Of a DNA stretch of 64,000 nt, positions 48,941 through 62,143 are shown one piece after another. Each line of letters begins with the position of its first letter. Position 1 is the stretch's first letter. A program made the translations under genes and the position numbers. The notes under the pieces were generated by a model. The model was given only the letters and a program-made list of their open reading frames with translations, did no database searches and had not been told where the DNA came from. Source of the DNA: Leptogorgia sarmentosa (taxonomy: Eukaryota); contig OZ210885.1 in the NCBI GenBank assembly GCA_964658305.1, positions 18,042,001 to 18,106,000 of the forward strand, written 5' to 3'.

Positions 48941-51600
48941 TCACTTCTGTTTATTTTTCATCCGCATCTCAATAACATCCTGTTTTGGTGGCTTAGGAGT
49001 TGGTGCAATACATTTGGCTTGGATTTTTGGCTTGTATTCGAATTTCTTGCCTTTCTTACACAAAATCACATCATTCATCATGCCCTCAACATAGCTGTGG
49101 GATTTTGGGGTCTTGATCTCCTTGGCCACCCAATTTTTTCTCTGCTTGCCACAAACAATCTTGAACCTTTTCTCTCCTTGCCTTGGTCCTTTCTTCACTT
49201 CGGTCTGGGTTCTGTTCACGTTTGCATTGTGGTCCAAGACGGCTAGCTGAGTTCGAGCCACCATTCCATTATAACAAAAGTGCTCACGTTTAGGTGTATA
49301 TTTTGTCATAAGGGAATGGTATGACTCTAACTCACCAGTGTGGTGGAATTCTGTTAGCTTTGCCAGATCTTTCAGCAGCTTTTTGTTCGTCATGACTTCT
49401 TCCAAAGCAACATGAGCAGGGGAACCATTTTCAATCCACACAATCTCTTTTTGGTCTTTTTTATTTAGTCTGGGGTGGCCACATCTCTTTATGAACTTGA
49501 ATTCCTTGGAGGACTTCCAACAATGTTTCCCAGTGATATGATTCAACAAGGACAACCACTTCTCCCTTAGTATTTCTGCATTCTGCTCACATGTTGCAGA
49601 GCACCACCATAAATGATTGGAAACACTCTGGATCCATGGCAATAACTCTTGATAATCCTTCTTTTTGGCTTTCTTCGACAGCTTTTTGGTCACCCACTTG
49701 CTAATATGCCACACATCATACTGGTGAACAATGTTTGCATAATTTGTCCTCATCTTTGCTGTGATTGTTGTGTGACGATCTGTTGTAAGACATCGGATTG
49801 GAATCTTGTTCTTAATAATTGAATTTAGTGCTCTCTTACAGCCTTCATATTCCATTGCATTTGACGATGTTACTTCTGTCACTTGAACAAGGCTAAATTC
49901 AATTATTAAGTTTGTTTTCTCATCCATCAGGGTATATGTGCCGTATTTAGCAGAATGGCCAGGACTGTCGCACCGCCCGTCACCACATACATCCACACCG
50001 TCGCTTTGATTTAACTTCTTTACCAGTGCATTCTGGCTTGTTAACCAAGTATGTTGCACTACTGGGAAAAGAGTATTGGTCTGGGTAGAATAGTAATGGG
50101 AGGAAGAAACAAATTGAAGGTTGAGGTACTTGGCAAAGTCTGCAATGCGTTTATAAGTGTTTCCACTGAATAAAATAGAGGCTGGTATCAAAATGTTTCC
50201 TGCTGCAGTTCCTTCGATTAGTGGTTGTGATTGCCAGGATACACTATGTCCATTCAAACAATTAGTAGCAATTGCAACCATACTTCCCTGATTTATTTGG
50301 GTTGTAGTATCAATGGGACTACCACAATGTTGGCAAATTTTGAATAGTTTATGTAACTGACTTTCAAATACAATAAATTTTTTCTCTACAGCAGGTGCAG
50401 TATCACTGGAATATTCATCATCTGTTTCCGAGTCATCATCAGAAGCTGAAGGACAATATGAAGAACCTGTATCACTCAGACAATCATTATCTGCATTTGA
50501 ACATCCTTGTTTTTCGAGTTCCACAACAAACCCATTTTGGACATCACCACATTCAACCAATGTCAGTTGTTCTTCAGTCACTGATGTGCATGGTGTTGTA
50601 CATGGTTCCACCGTGTTATTATTGTCATCTGTTAAAGAATTGTTATTTGGGCCCAAGGAGTAACTGTGATCTTCTAAATGACATAATTTGTTGATGTCAT
50701 CAGGGTGTATTTTTGTATTCCCTTGCATGGGTAATTGTTCAGTTTGGGTTCCAACAGTCTTAAATGTTTTAATAAAAGGTTGAACCTGAACCTCTTTATC
50801 TTGTGTTAGAGTTTCAATATGTTGAGTTGAAGTAGAGGTAGTTTGTTCCACATCAGCATTTGAACTTTCCATAATTTCATTTGCATAACAACTATCCAGA
50901 ACAAATATGTCTTGTTCCAATGTGTTTGCAACCTTGATAATATTGACAAATAGAACTAAATATTTGACTGGTTAATGTTTAGCATGAATATTAATGGCCT
51001 GGCAAAATACAACAATATCCTAAAGTTTCCAAATGCTAAATTGTAATTAAAGTAAAACATGTTATTGGCACATTCATTTTATATAGATAATATAATAGTA
51101 CTAGGTAATGAATTTGTACAAATTTTGTTTTTGAAGAAATTAAATTTATATTGTTGTATTAATAAGATTTTAATACAACGTTGTGTATACATTTTCTTCA
51201 CAAAGCGCTAGGTTTAGTATTAAATTGAAATACCATACAGTATGTGAGACAACAATGTCCAAACCTTTCTTGTCCGATTTCGTATTTGTTTCACACTTGA
51301 CAATCTTGTTTTGTTTTCGCTCCCCTTCGTTGGAGGGGCGAACGGAGTTGGCACTGCCGATGGCTTCAGCGTTTTACGCTTCTTGAAACCAGGAATTACT
51401 TCAACATTCGGTTCAAAACAATCAGGTGCAAAATGTGCGCTGCAGACATACGTATTTGCATGCTCACGAGGGTTGTCTCGACGTATATTTCGCAACCAAA
51501 TATTTCTGAGCGGCCCATTTGGCAACCTATGATAACTTATATCTGTTCCTTTGGTTTTTCGACTGCCATTTGTGCACAAAGGCACAGTACAATGCGGCAT
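48941..51600 (-). CDS. Kolobok transposase with N-terminal THAP exon
   Basis: THAP (CTVPLC...W...VCSAHF...AVPT) at 51220-51600. A 659-codon exon carries DGRCDSPGHSAKY, TTDRH, DVWH and HTGELESYH. Confidence 0.92.
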
Positions 51601-52422
51601 TTTTTGTTATATAAACGTTTAATTATGTAAATTTCAGGTTGCAGTATAGCGCGCCACTATTATTTTAAATTCCCGCGACACAAGTAGCACGCAATGACGT
51701 CACGAATAAGGGCGCTGACCAAATTCGCGTCTGCACGTAAAAGAACAACATGGCGTCGAAGTTTGCAAAATTTGCGAACTTTGACGAGTGATTTCTCCTT
51801 TACTAAAACGATTTGGACCGAGATACTTTAGGAACTATATATTGAATGTATAGTCTTTTATTTAAGCCAAACTTGTTTGGGGACTGGAGTTCCCCTTCAA
51901 TGAATCAAAAGAAGAAGCACAATTCAAAAAAGATATAGCAGAAGCAATTCGCCAATCTAATCAAACACTTGGCCAATGCATGCAACAAATGAGCATGTCA
52001 ATTTCACAAGTCGCCCAAGGTTTAACTCGCTCTGTTGAGGTAATGAGTCAAGCCATGCTACAACAGAACATAGCACCTTACCAACAGCACCTGCCAGTGG
52101 CACATCATCCTATGCCATCATACCAATATGTTCAAATGGTTCATACCACAACCAGCTCTCCAACAACCAGCAATGTTCCTTCAAACAAAGAAAGTTTAGA
52201 AACTATTGATGTTAGCCAGTGGGAACAACTGCATTAGGATGTTGGACAATGAGGTACGGTAGCTTGGAACATGATCACTGCCTATCCTATCCACACAAAA
52301 CAAAGAAGACATTTATATCCAGACTTTTATGGTTTTATATTGTTGATCTCAAGTTCATGTTCAAAAGATTGTACATGTTTAGTACAAGAGTTTTGTTTGT
52401 TAGCTATATTTATATATAAAAA

Positions 52423-54019
52423 TATATATATGTACGGTTTGTTTTCCGACGGAAAGAGAGTGCTCAATACATAAAGTAGACCGGTTATATAGATAGATAT
52501 TTTATTCAAAAATTTAACAACTAAGTCATTACACAGTGTTCCATGCTAGGCAATCATCAGACGACTGGTTACATTCAATTATTCGTCTATTTTTATAGTC
52601 TACCCAGTTGTTGTTATTCTGGTGACTATTGTTCTTAATTGCTTTTTAATTATCCGGTGGCGTCTCTTTGAAGTTGGTAAGGAGGAACTTGTTTTTGTGA
52701 CGACATGTCGAAAGAATTTCACTTCTTTTGTTTAGCAAGTTCTCATTGCTGTGGAAGATGATGTGGAACTTTTCTGAAAGGCAAAGGTTGCATGTTTTGG
52801 AGCCGTTTCTGAGGGCTGGGGCTTTGTCTAAGATTGACCACTCGATGTTTATTTCCTCTATGTTTCTGTTCTTTAGACCCAAACGTAGTTTGAGAGCTCT
52901 GTCGCGTTGGCTTTTGTGTGGTGACGTAGTGAGTTTCTTTTTTTCTAAAATCTGTCCTTGAACGTTCTTTCAGTGAGGCCAATGTAGATTTTCTCCTCGT
53001 TGTTTTTACTGTTGTTGACTTTTGCCACGTATACTACGTTCTCTGTTGGGCATTCACCTTTCAGGGGGCACGTCTCTCTGTTTCTGCAGTTGCATTCTGT
53101 AGTGGTGGTAGCAGCGGTAGGTTGGTCTTGGAGGATCTTTCTGTTGTGAGATTTGATGAGTCTTGAGGTGTTCGGCATACAGCTATAGCTGACTTTAACG
53201 TTATTTCTGTTAAATAGCCTGTGTGAATGGTGGTTTGCTGGAAAGTGTTTGTCTAGTAGTTGAAGGAATTTTCGCGCTATGTTTGTTCTGAGGTTCATAC
53301 TATATGGCGGGTTGAACCAGATTATTTTGCGTTTTCTACTTTGGCTTTTCTGCTCCGTTGTTGCTGCGGGTGGTTGGTATACGATATTCTCTTTGTGTCC
53401 ACTGGTTTTTAGGGCCTCGTTGTAGTATGGTGCGGCTTGGTCGAATATTTCTTTAGACGACGAGATCTCAGAAATACGTTTGCTGATGTTTTTGGGTAGT
53501 TGTTCGATGATGCTTGGGGGTGGTTTGAACTGGCATGGATGTAGAGAGGGTTATCATTGGGTTTGTGGTAAGGTTTGTAGGTTTCATTGGTGAGGTCGAG
53601 GGTTATATCAAGGAAGTTTACCGTTTTCAAGTTGACTTCTATTGTTATTTTTAGTCCTATTTTCCTAAAGTGTTCGATCACATCTTTTCGTTTTCTGTCT
53701 AAGGCTTGTGCGCTTAGGTTATGGAGAGCACCTAGGCCGTCATCACGATATAAGCCAACGCTTGAATCGGGGAGGATATCTTGCAGGGTCGGTAGGATGT
53801 AGAGTCCGACTAACTCACATGCTTCTGCTCCGTCATAGCTTCCCATGGTGACGTCAAAAGTAGAATCGTTGGTTTTCTTGATCCAAGGTTCATCTTTGTT
53901 GAAGAGTAGTGATTTGCGGGCGTGCATGATGATTTCAATATCTTTGTCGCTGACGTCAGTGTGTTGCGCGGCGTAGTTGATGGCGTCCATGAGTAGGTTT
54001 TCGGTGATTGAGGGGTAAA
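52423..54019 (-). mobile_element. Penelope-like element, 5'-truncated inverted copy (RT C-terminus, GIY-YIG, pLTR)
   Basis: MGSYDGAE, YRDDG and VVY...YIGLTE; reverse complement of 54683-56213. Confidence 0.92.
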
Positions 54020-54115
54020 TCAAGGAAGTTTACCGTTTTCAAGTTGACTTCTATTGTTATTTTTAGTCCAATTTTCCTAAAGTGTTCGATCACGTCTTTT
54101 CGTTTTCTGTCTAAG

Positions 54116-56213
54116 GTTCTCCAGAAAGACCTAACCCGCAATCTAAAATCAATAAGACAGTAAAAAAAAGCCTTCATCCCCGCTGATAAAACAAGGAACA
54201 TGTACAAAATGGACAAAGCAACGTACGATAAGCTGCTCCAAGAAAACATCACAAAATCCTACAAGAAAACCTCCAAAGAAACCGTAAACAACATCAATAA
54301 AGAAGCCAAGAAAATCGCGACAGAGTTAGGCATCCAGGATAGAGCCACCACTTTCCCAATGAACCAGTCCTTCGTCACTCTAAAAGACCACAAAGAGAAC
54401 TTTGAGAATGCACCAAAATGCCGACTGATAAACCCAGCCAAAAGCACAATTGGTCGTGTCAGCAAAGAAATACTAGAAAAAATAAACGGAAAACTGAGAT
54501 ATTCAACCTGTGTCCACCAATGGAGAAACACCCAAAGCGTTATTAATTGGTTCAACACGTTGAAAAACTGAGATATTCAACCTGTGTCCACCAATGGAGA
54601 AACACCCAAAGCGTTATTAATTGGTTCAACGCATTGAAAAACAAGAGCGAATGCACTTTCATGCAGTTCGACATCGTAGACTTTTACCCCTCAATCACCG
54701 AAAACCTACTCATGGACGCCATCAACTACGCCGCGCAACACACTGACGTCAGCGACAAAGATATTGAAATCATCATGCACGCCCGCAAATCACTACTCTT
54801 CAACAAAGATGAACCTTGGATCAAGAAAACCAACGATTCTACTTTTGACGTCACCATGGGAAGCTATGACGGAGCAGAAGCATGTGAGTTAGTCGGACTC
54901 TACATCCTACCGACCCTGCAAGATATCCTCCCCGATTCAAGCGTTGGCTTATATCGTGATGACGGCCTAGGTGCTCTCCATAACCTAAGCGCACAAGCCT
55001 TAGACAGAAAACGAAAAGACGTGATCGAACACTTTAGGAAAATAGGACTAAAAATAACAATAGAAGTCAACTTGAAAACGGTAAACTTCCTTGATATAAC
55101 CCTCGACCTCACCAATGAAACCTACAAACCTTACCACAAACCCAATGATAACCCTCTCTACATCCATGCCAGTTCAAACCACCCCCAAGCATCATCGAAC
55201 AACTACCCAAAAACATCAGCAAACGTATTTCCGAGATCTCGTCGTCTAAAGAAATATTCGACCAAGCCGCACCATACTACAACGAGGCCCTAAAAACCAG
55301 TGGACACAAAGAGAATATCGTATACCAACCACCCGCAGCAACAACGGAGCAGAAAAGCCAAAGTAGAAAACGCAAAATAATCTGGTTCAACCCGCCATAT
55401 AGTATGAACCTCAGAACAAACATAGCGCGAAAATTCCTTCAACTACTAGACAAACACTTTCCAGCAAACCACCATTCACACAGGCTATTTAACAGAAATA
55501 ACGTTAAAGTCAGCTATAGCTGTATGCCGAACACCTCAAGACTCATCAAATCTCACAACAGAAAGATCCTCCAAGACCAACCTACCGCTGCTACCACCAC
55601 TACAGAATGCAACTGCAGAAACAGAGAGACGTGCCCCCTGAAAGGTGAATGCCCAACAGAGAACGTAGTATACGTGGCAAAAGTCAACAACAGTAAAAAC
55701 AACGAGGAGAAAATCTACATTGGCCTCACTGAAAGAACGTTCAAGGACAGATTTTAGAAAAAAAGAAACTCACTACGTCACCACACAAAAGCCAACGCGA
55801 CAGAGCTCTCAAACTACGTTTGGGTCTAAAGAACAGAAACATAGAGGAAATAAACATCGAGTGGTCAATCTTAGACAAAGCCCCAGCCCTCAGAAACGGC
55901 TCCAAAACATGCAACCTTTGCCTTTCAGAAAAGTTCCACATCATCTTCCACAGCAATGAGAACTTGCTAAACAAAAGAAGTGAAATTCTTTCGACATGTC
56001 GTCACAAAAACAAGTTCCTCCTTACCAACTTCAAAGAGACGCCACCGGATAATTAAAAAGCAATTAAGAACAATAGTCACCAGAATAACAACAACTGGGT
56101 AGACTATAAAAATAGACGAATAATTGAATGTAACCAGTCGTCTGATGATTGCCTAGCATGAAACACTGTGTAACGAATTGGTTGTTAAATTTTTGAATAA
56201 AATATCTATCTAT
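54116..56213 (+). mobile_element. Penelope-like element (RT plus GIY-YIG endonuclease), frameshifted
   Basis: TLKDHK, CRLINP, FDIVDFYPSI, YRDDG, IIWFNPP, CNC...CPL.G.C and CNLCLSEK. Internal duplication of about 70 bp at 54490-54630. Confidence 0.93.
56135..56180 (+). ncRNA. Minimal type I hammerhead ribozyme in the Penelope pLTR
   Basis: cagtcgt-CTGATGA-t-tgc-cta-gca-t-GAAA-ca-ctg-tg-TA-acgaattg: conserved core, three helices and a GUA cleavage triplet at 56170-56172. Confidence 0.75.
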
Positions 56214-57081
56214 ATAAATATATATATATATATACCAAGTAGGATATGTAACAGAGTCACACAATTGGCAAATGGTTTGAGAGCGCTCAATACCATTATA
56301 GGTAGAGCGAATATTTATTTATTAAAGGTAAAATTAGCTGTCTCAGAGTTTCACGCGGAAACGCGATCATCAGGCAACTGACAGGTCTGACCTAAATATA
56401 CTCTATTTACATTGGCGTTGTATTGTTGCTTATGAGGTATTGTGTTACATGTCGGCATTTGCTAAAATATATATATATACGATAAAGTTTTGGTTAACGA
56501 AATGCCAAAAGAGTGCTCGATATACCGTAGTATAGAGCTAGTAAAAGATTAAAAGGAATCTTTTATATATATAGATATATATATATATATATATACATAC
56601 TGTAGTACCAAAAGGAATTCTTAGTAGGCCAGTATTTTTAACACAACATAATAGAAGAAATATACATTGAACAAGATACAGCTTAATTCAATTAAGGTTC
56701 TTCCATTAAAGTCAAAACTCAGAACCACAAGTACCCTATCATCAAGTTGAAATAGTTTGCATTCTGGAAGTATTTCATTGCTAATAAATTATATTTTGCT
56801 TTTGAAAATCCTTATCAGTACTCTTGTTGTTTTAGCTATCAATCAACTGTCACTGAGTTTCTGGGTTAAAAGTTATCAATGAAGATGGAATATAAATACC
56901 AAGTATTCCTTTCCAGTTTGAAGCTCTTAGTTGTTGAGTTGTAAGTTTTGTCCTTCACAGGACAAAGACAAACCTTATTGAATTAGCTGTATTGCTATAG
57001 TCAAAGCTGTCCTTACATGAAGGTTCATGAGCATAAGTTTTCCTTGAGCATTGTCAGGTAGGTTTTGTCTTATGTATTCAG

Positions 57082-59085
57082 TTAGGACTGAATGAATATA
57101 CTCGTCTTCGTCAGTGTTTGGTGAGTATACTGGATCCGATACATTTGGCGTGTTTTCTTCATTTCTCTGCAGTAGATCTGTGACTGTATGTCCTGTTCCT
57201 CTAGGCCATGTTTGTTATACTCACAATAGTTATTGAGTACAAAACAACTGTAGACTACTATAGGGACATGCTCCAGTTTAATGTCCACATTTCGAGAAAG
57301 AAACCTCCAGCGAGCTTTAAGACGCCCAAAAGCACACTCGATTTGATTTCTTGCTGAGGGTAGCATGTTGTTGAAAATCACTTGGTCGTTTGTTGAACAA
57401 GTCTGAAATTCTTTCATGCAGAAAGGGGTCAGTGGGTATGCCAGATCGCCTATCAAGTAATCAGGGGCGGATCTAGGGCGGATCTAGAATTTGTTATACC
57501 TTAGCCGAACTGTTGAACGCCGAAGGCGTGAGACACCCCTAGGGGGTTCGGGGGTCCATGCCCCCCAGGAAAATTTTGAAATTTAAAGTCTCTGAAGTGC
57601 GATTTAGAGCATTTCCCGGGTAGGATTTAAAGTATTGTAAAGAACATCAAATACATGAATTTTCTCGCAAAATATCCCTAGCCGAAGATATGTATCCTCG
57701 GGATTAAATGAATTGGACGGTCGTGCAATATAAACAGAGTGTCAAATTACAACGCACATGTAAATACAATAGGTTTTATAATAGGTTCATTCTAAAGTTA
57801 GTTCTCAATCATTAAACCAGATGAGATCCTTCATTTAGAAACCATGAAACGACTGATTCAAATACATTCAATATAAATCGCTTTGTTGAATTACAGTGGT
57901 TGAATAAATTTTTATTTAATGAAATGCAACATGCTACAGTATAAATAGACTGGTGGCTGCTGCATGCAACAATGTATTCATCGCAGATATTTGATATTTC
58001 ACAAAATGTGGCAAATTTTATGAATAATAGTTTATATTTTTGATATTTTCATAACCATACATTATAGCAGCGCACACTCTCCCTTTGTCAGCCGAATTGC
58101 CAGCACGATCTTTGGGAGGCACGTATATATTCCAGCCGTTCTGTTGTTGAACAACAATATTAAGTAAAAGCTGCTCGCGCTGGATATTTTCGCTGCCGCA
58201 CGATAATCTTCGTTCAAACACAACTGAAGTTTATACCAAGTTCTATTCTATGTCTTCCAAAATCGCATTTTGAACGGCCGCGTCAAATCAGTAGCTATAC
58301 TCGACATCGTGAAGTATAAACTTTCCAACTCTACATTTTATTGTACGCGAATTGTAGATCGTGAAAGACTGCTTTGCATGAATTTCGCAATTTTCATGAC
58401 TCATACTCATAGCCCCAGTCGCAAATAAGTCCGGACAAGTCCAAAACATTAACCAATAGAAATTGCGAATAGTTTCAAATTGACCAATCCAAACGAAAGA
58501 AATGGACTGCTGAAACTCCCTTAAGGTGCAAATAAGTCCGACCACCCCACAGATCAGTCCAAATGGTGTATCAACCAATCAAATGAGCACATTCACGACT
58601 GAGTCCACCACCCGATTCTGGCATTTTCTGCCGTATCGCTGCTGCTGTAGACAAGCATACTGCTTTCTCAAAACAGAGCTTGTAGACTTGCTGGACTACG
58701 ATATGAATTCCATATCATAATCGTAATTAATTATCCAAATGTAATTAATTATTCAAAATACAAATTACGAAATAATAATTCTTATTTTATTATTTCTCTG
58801 CAAAAAATACGTCAGTCGCGCGACTGACTGGACGTACCCTAGATCTGCCCCTGCAAGTAATTTGGAACAGCCTCAAAACCTGGCAACAGACAATGAAAGG
58901 TTTTTGGCAATTTTCCTCCGTTCAGTTTTCTATTTAGATTAGAATTTGAAAAAACGTTTGCATCATGAACAGACCCAGGCCATTTACATTCAACATCCAT
59001 AAAATATCCTTTGCTATCACAGATAGCCTGTACATTTAGAGAAAAAAATTGCTTGTAGTTAAAGTAGTCCTGTGAATTTTGTTTC
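57082..59085 (-). pseudogene. PIF/Harbinger (HARBI1-like) DDE transposase fragment
   Basis: KQFFSLNVQAICD, WPGSVHDA, Y|LIGDLAYPL and RNQIECAFGRLKARWR. Split by the 57462-58853 insertion; the N-terminus is missing. Confidence 0.9.
57462..58853. mobile_element. Non-autonomous hAT-type element
   Basis: TIR caggggc(g/a)gatctagg; 8-bp TSD CAAGTAAT at 57454-57461 and 58854-58861; no coding capacity. Confidence 0.92.
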
Positions 59086-59213
59086 TACTGTCATTCACTG
59101 TCATCTACTGTCATTTACTGTACTTGGTTCTACCAACCAATTACTGTCAAGGTATGTATCCGGGTATTTCTCTGAGTGTTGTATGTAGTGAATATTAATG
59201 AAATATCGAATAC

Positions 59214-62143
59214 TTGTATTTTGATAAGCTGTTCATCATGAGTCATATGTTTGATTTTGTGTTGACTACAATTATATTTCAAGTTTTTTTGCTGTTGGAT
59301 AGCGGTGAAGCCATTAATGTTTCAGGCTACACTAAAGAGAAAATTGCTAAAGCCATCGAATTGTTCGTAAAGGGTGACCGTTTTGAAACGTTGATAGTTC
59401 GTGAATATCCATCTTCCTACACGCAGGAAAACCTGAACATTGAACACTATGTAAGTCCTGGTATAATGATTTGGGATGTACTTCGTAGTTATCACTCTCA
59501 TTTTGAAAGGTCGCCATGCACATTTTGTGCAAAAGAGTGCAAGACTCTAAGTTTTCGGCATACTGGGTTATGGAGTAATGGATTGACAAATTCTCGTTAT
59601 GGACCCCGGTTAGTTTACGACTCAAGCCATACTTTTCTATTAGTTTCTGCTGTATACGTTTGCCCCAAAAATCACCAAGTCCCAGCGCATCATCCGTCCA
59701 TACTGTCATGCATACCATCATGTTGTATACCATTTTATTCGACAAACCGTGCAGGATTTACAGTTGAGTTTTTATCTCAAATTACTGCACTCGTCGAACA
59801 CAGGACAAGTTTTCACGCTATCGAAGACATAGTTCATGTCCAATACAAACAGGTATATTGGCGTTTACGCTTATAATATGAAGAAGATTTAAGAACAGGG
59901 AAAGAATCACCAGTTCCGTTCCCACCTTTTTCCTAGGAGATATACCCTTTTCCACACGAGAAACTATTGAAAAATGTTTTTACATCATACTCAATGCTGT
60001 TCCTTTCAAGTTTCCATGAAAACATGGCTGCTCGTGTATCTCCATGGGTCTTTTGCGATCATACCTTCAAGAGCGCCGCCAACATTGGATCCCCTCAAGA
60101 GAGTGATGGCAGCTGGGCCAGGCTATTCAACTCTAATTTTTGTGTTTTGGGGATTAATGGGAATGTATTGCACTGGAGATTTACTTGTGGAGAATCTTTC
60201 AATGAAGTGTTAGACGTTTTTAACGATTTGAAACAACAATACCAGTCTCTTGAACAAAATCTTGAAGGTATAGTGATTGATAATTGCTGCAAATGGAGAG
60301 GCATGTTTTCTTCGGTATTATTACCAGAGGTGCCAGTGAAATTGGATTTGTTTCATGCGGTACAGCGCTTTTTGTCCGCTCTTCCGAGAGAGAAACTAGA
60401 GTTTCTAGTGGAATTTCCAAAGAATATGGGATGATTTTTTGGGACCCGACTGACTTAGGTGATGTTCGAAAAAAATGCACTCCAAACGTCACTACAATAG
60501 CTAGAAATCTGGATATTTTCTTGCAAAAATGGGCAGATGTTAAGTGGAATGGCGTATCGGTAATTGATGGCAATACAAGCAAGGCGCTTCGAAATATACG
60601 GCTCCACATCGAAAAAGGTTGTTTATCTGGCATACCACCACATTGTTCTACTAGTGGCAACGAGAGTTTGCATCGCGAACTAAATTACATTTTACATTCA
60701 AACAAACTTGGTTTGGAGATGGCGTACGTAAGGTGTAGCAGGATCTTTTTCAAACACAACAACAAAAATTCTATCAAACAGTTGTGTTGCCCGGAAAATA
60801 ACTTTAACCAAGAAAACGAAGGCCCAAGTCATGGTTTCACATGTGGTTTTGGAGTAGAAAAAAACGTTTGCTTCGTGGATTCGAAATCTGCTGTTCTTGG
60901 CCTGATGAATGAAGATAACAATGTTTTAAGTTCCGTGCAGCAATTAAATGCCAATAATATCAGCAAGATGAAAGCAGTGATGTCTTCATCACTAGATTCT
61001 CGTCAATCAACATTTGAAGATCACAGATATTCCTCTGAGGATCAGCAAAAGAACACAACTGCTGTATTAATTGCACTTGATGGTTTAACCTTTTATGAAA
61101 TGTATCGAGGTCTTGAGGAACTCAGCTACGTGCGATTTCTTTCAAAAAAAAATCTCCCTAGCTCTATTGGTATTGGCAGAAAATTAGCTAGTGTCAGTGC
61201 TAATAATGCCCATGATTTGATTAGCACACCTGGATACATTGATTATGTAGACAAAACTCTTGAAGGGCATCTCAAACTGTACACGTACCTGTATACCTGA
61301 TATGTATTTACATATATAATTTGTTTTTCTTCAGCATGTGAAGATCATATTAGTAAAGAAAGTGGGGAAGTAGTTGGAGGAAAAAAGCAAAGTTCTGGAG
61401 GTAATGTTAAATAACCACTTCAGCTATTTTTGTGAGTGTGAGTTATCCTTGCTGGGAATTGTCGAATCCAAACTGACCAAAAAACAATCAATGACGATAC
61501 CAGTTTATACACAGTTAACATTCTCACGTCATCGTCATGTGACTATCGTGATGGTCATTGCTTAATAAATAATAAGTTAAAAGCGCTTTAGCGTCACTGA
61601 CTATTGCTTTTTTGCACGGGATTGTGTTAATAACGTTGTAAGAAACCCAAAACGCACTTGTCGATGTGGTGAAGTTTCAAAAACAAAGAAATCCGCACTA
61701 AAAAGATATACAACAGCCTAAAAAGATGTTGTTGCTTGCGTCAGTACAATGGATGCAGTAATAGTTGCAACTGTTCTGGTCATTGCGGTGGAAAAGTTTG
61801 CAAAACTATGCATTTTTCTCAAAGCAAACCAAAGAAGGCAAAGTCTAAGAGGGCTAAACATGTACTGCAACATATGCCAACAAAAATGAAGTTGCCCGAC
61901 AGCAGCAAAAATTTTTGAATGAACTTTCTTGAGGTTTGCTTTTTATCAGCCATTATTTTGCATTTGGAAAATAAGCATGAAAATACACTCGGCTGGGAAG
62001 TTGAGCGTGTTAACAAAGTTTTTACAAATGTTATTTTAAATTTACTAAACTTAGGCATAGTTCTTCCTCTTAACCGTTGGTCCATTGGAAAAATGCAAAA
62101 AGAAATCAACAAACTGAAGAAGTTTTTTGACAACAAACGCTAA
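59214..62143 (+). pseudogene. Decayed DDE transposase, possibly Dada-like
   Basis: CDHTFKSAANIG, VIDNCC, VKLDLFHAVQR (DxxH) and GNESLHR; N-terminal CxxC...C...H and C-terminal Cys cluster. Stops and frameshifts. The superfamily call is tentative. Confidence 0.55.

Larger units (their letters stand above)
47844..51896. mobile_element. Kolobok DNA transposon, full length
   Basis: 213-bp TIRs at 47844-48056 and 51684-51896. TTAA on the left and TCAA on the right (a mutated TSD). Two convergent genes inside. Confidence 0.95.
44136..52237 (+). pseudogene. PIF/Harbinger accessory (Myb/SANT-like) ORF, split by hAT and Kolobok insertions
   Basis: The frame is restored across both insertions: KIVLQHYD|QLVQIWGGSP and RDQILI|NESKEEAQFKKD. 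It is convergent with the Harbinger transposase at 57082-59085. Confidence 0.7.
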
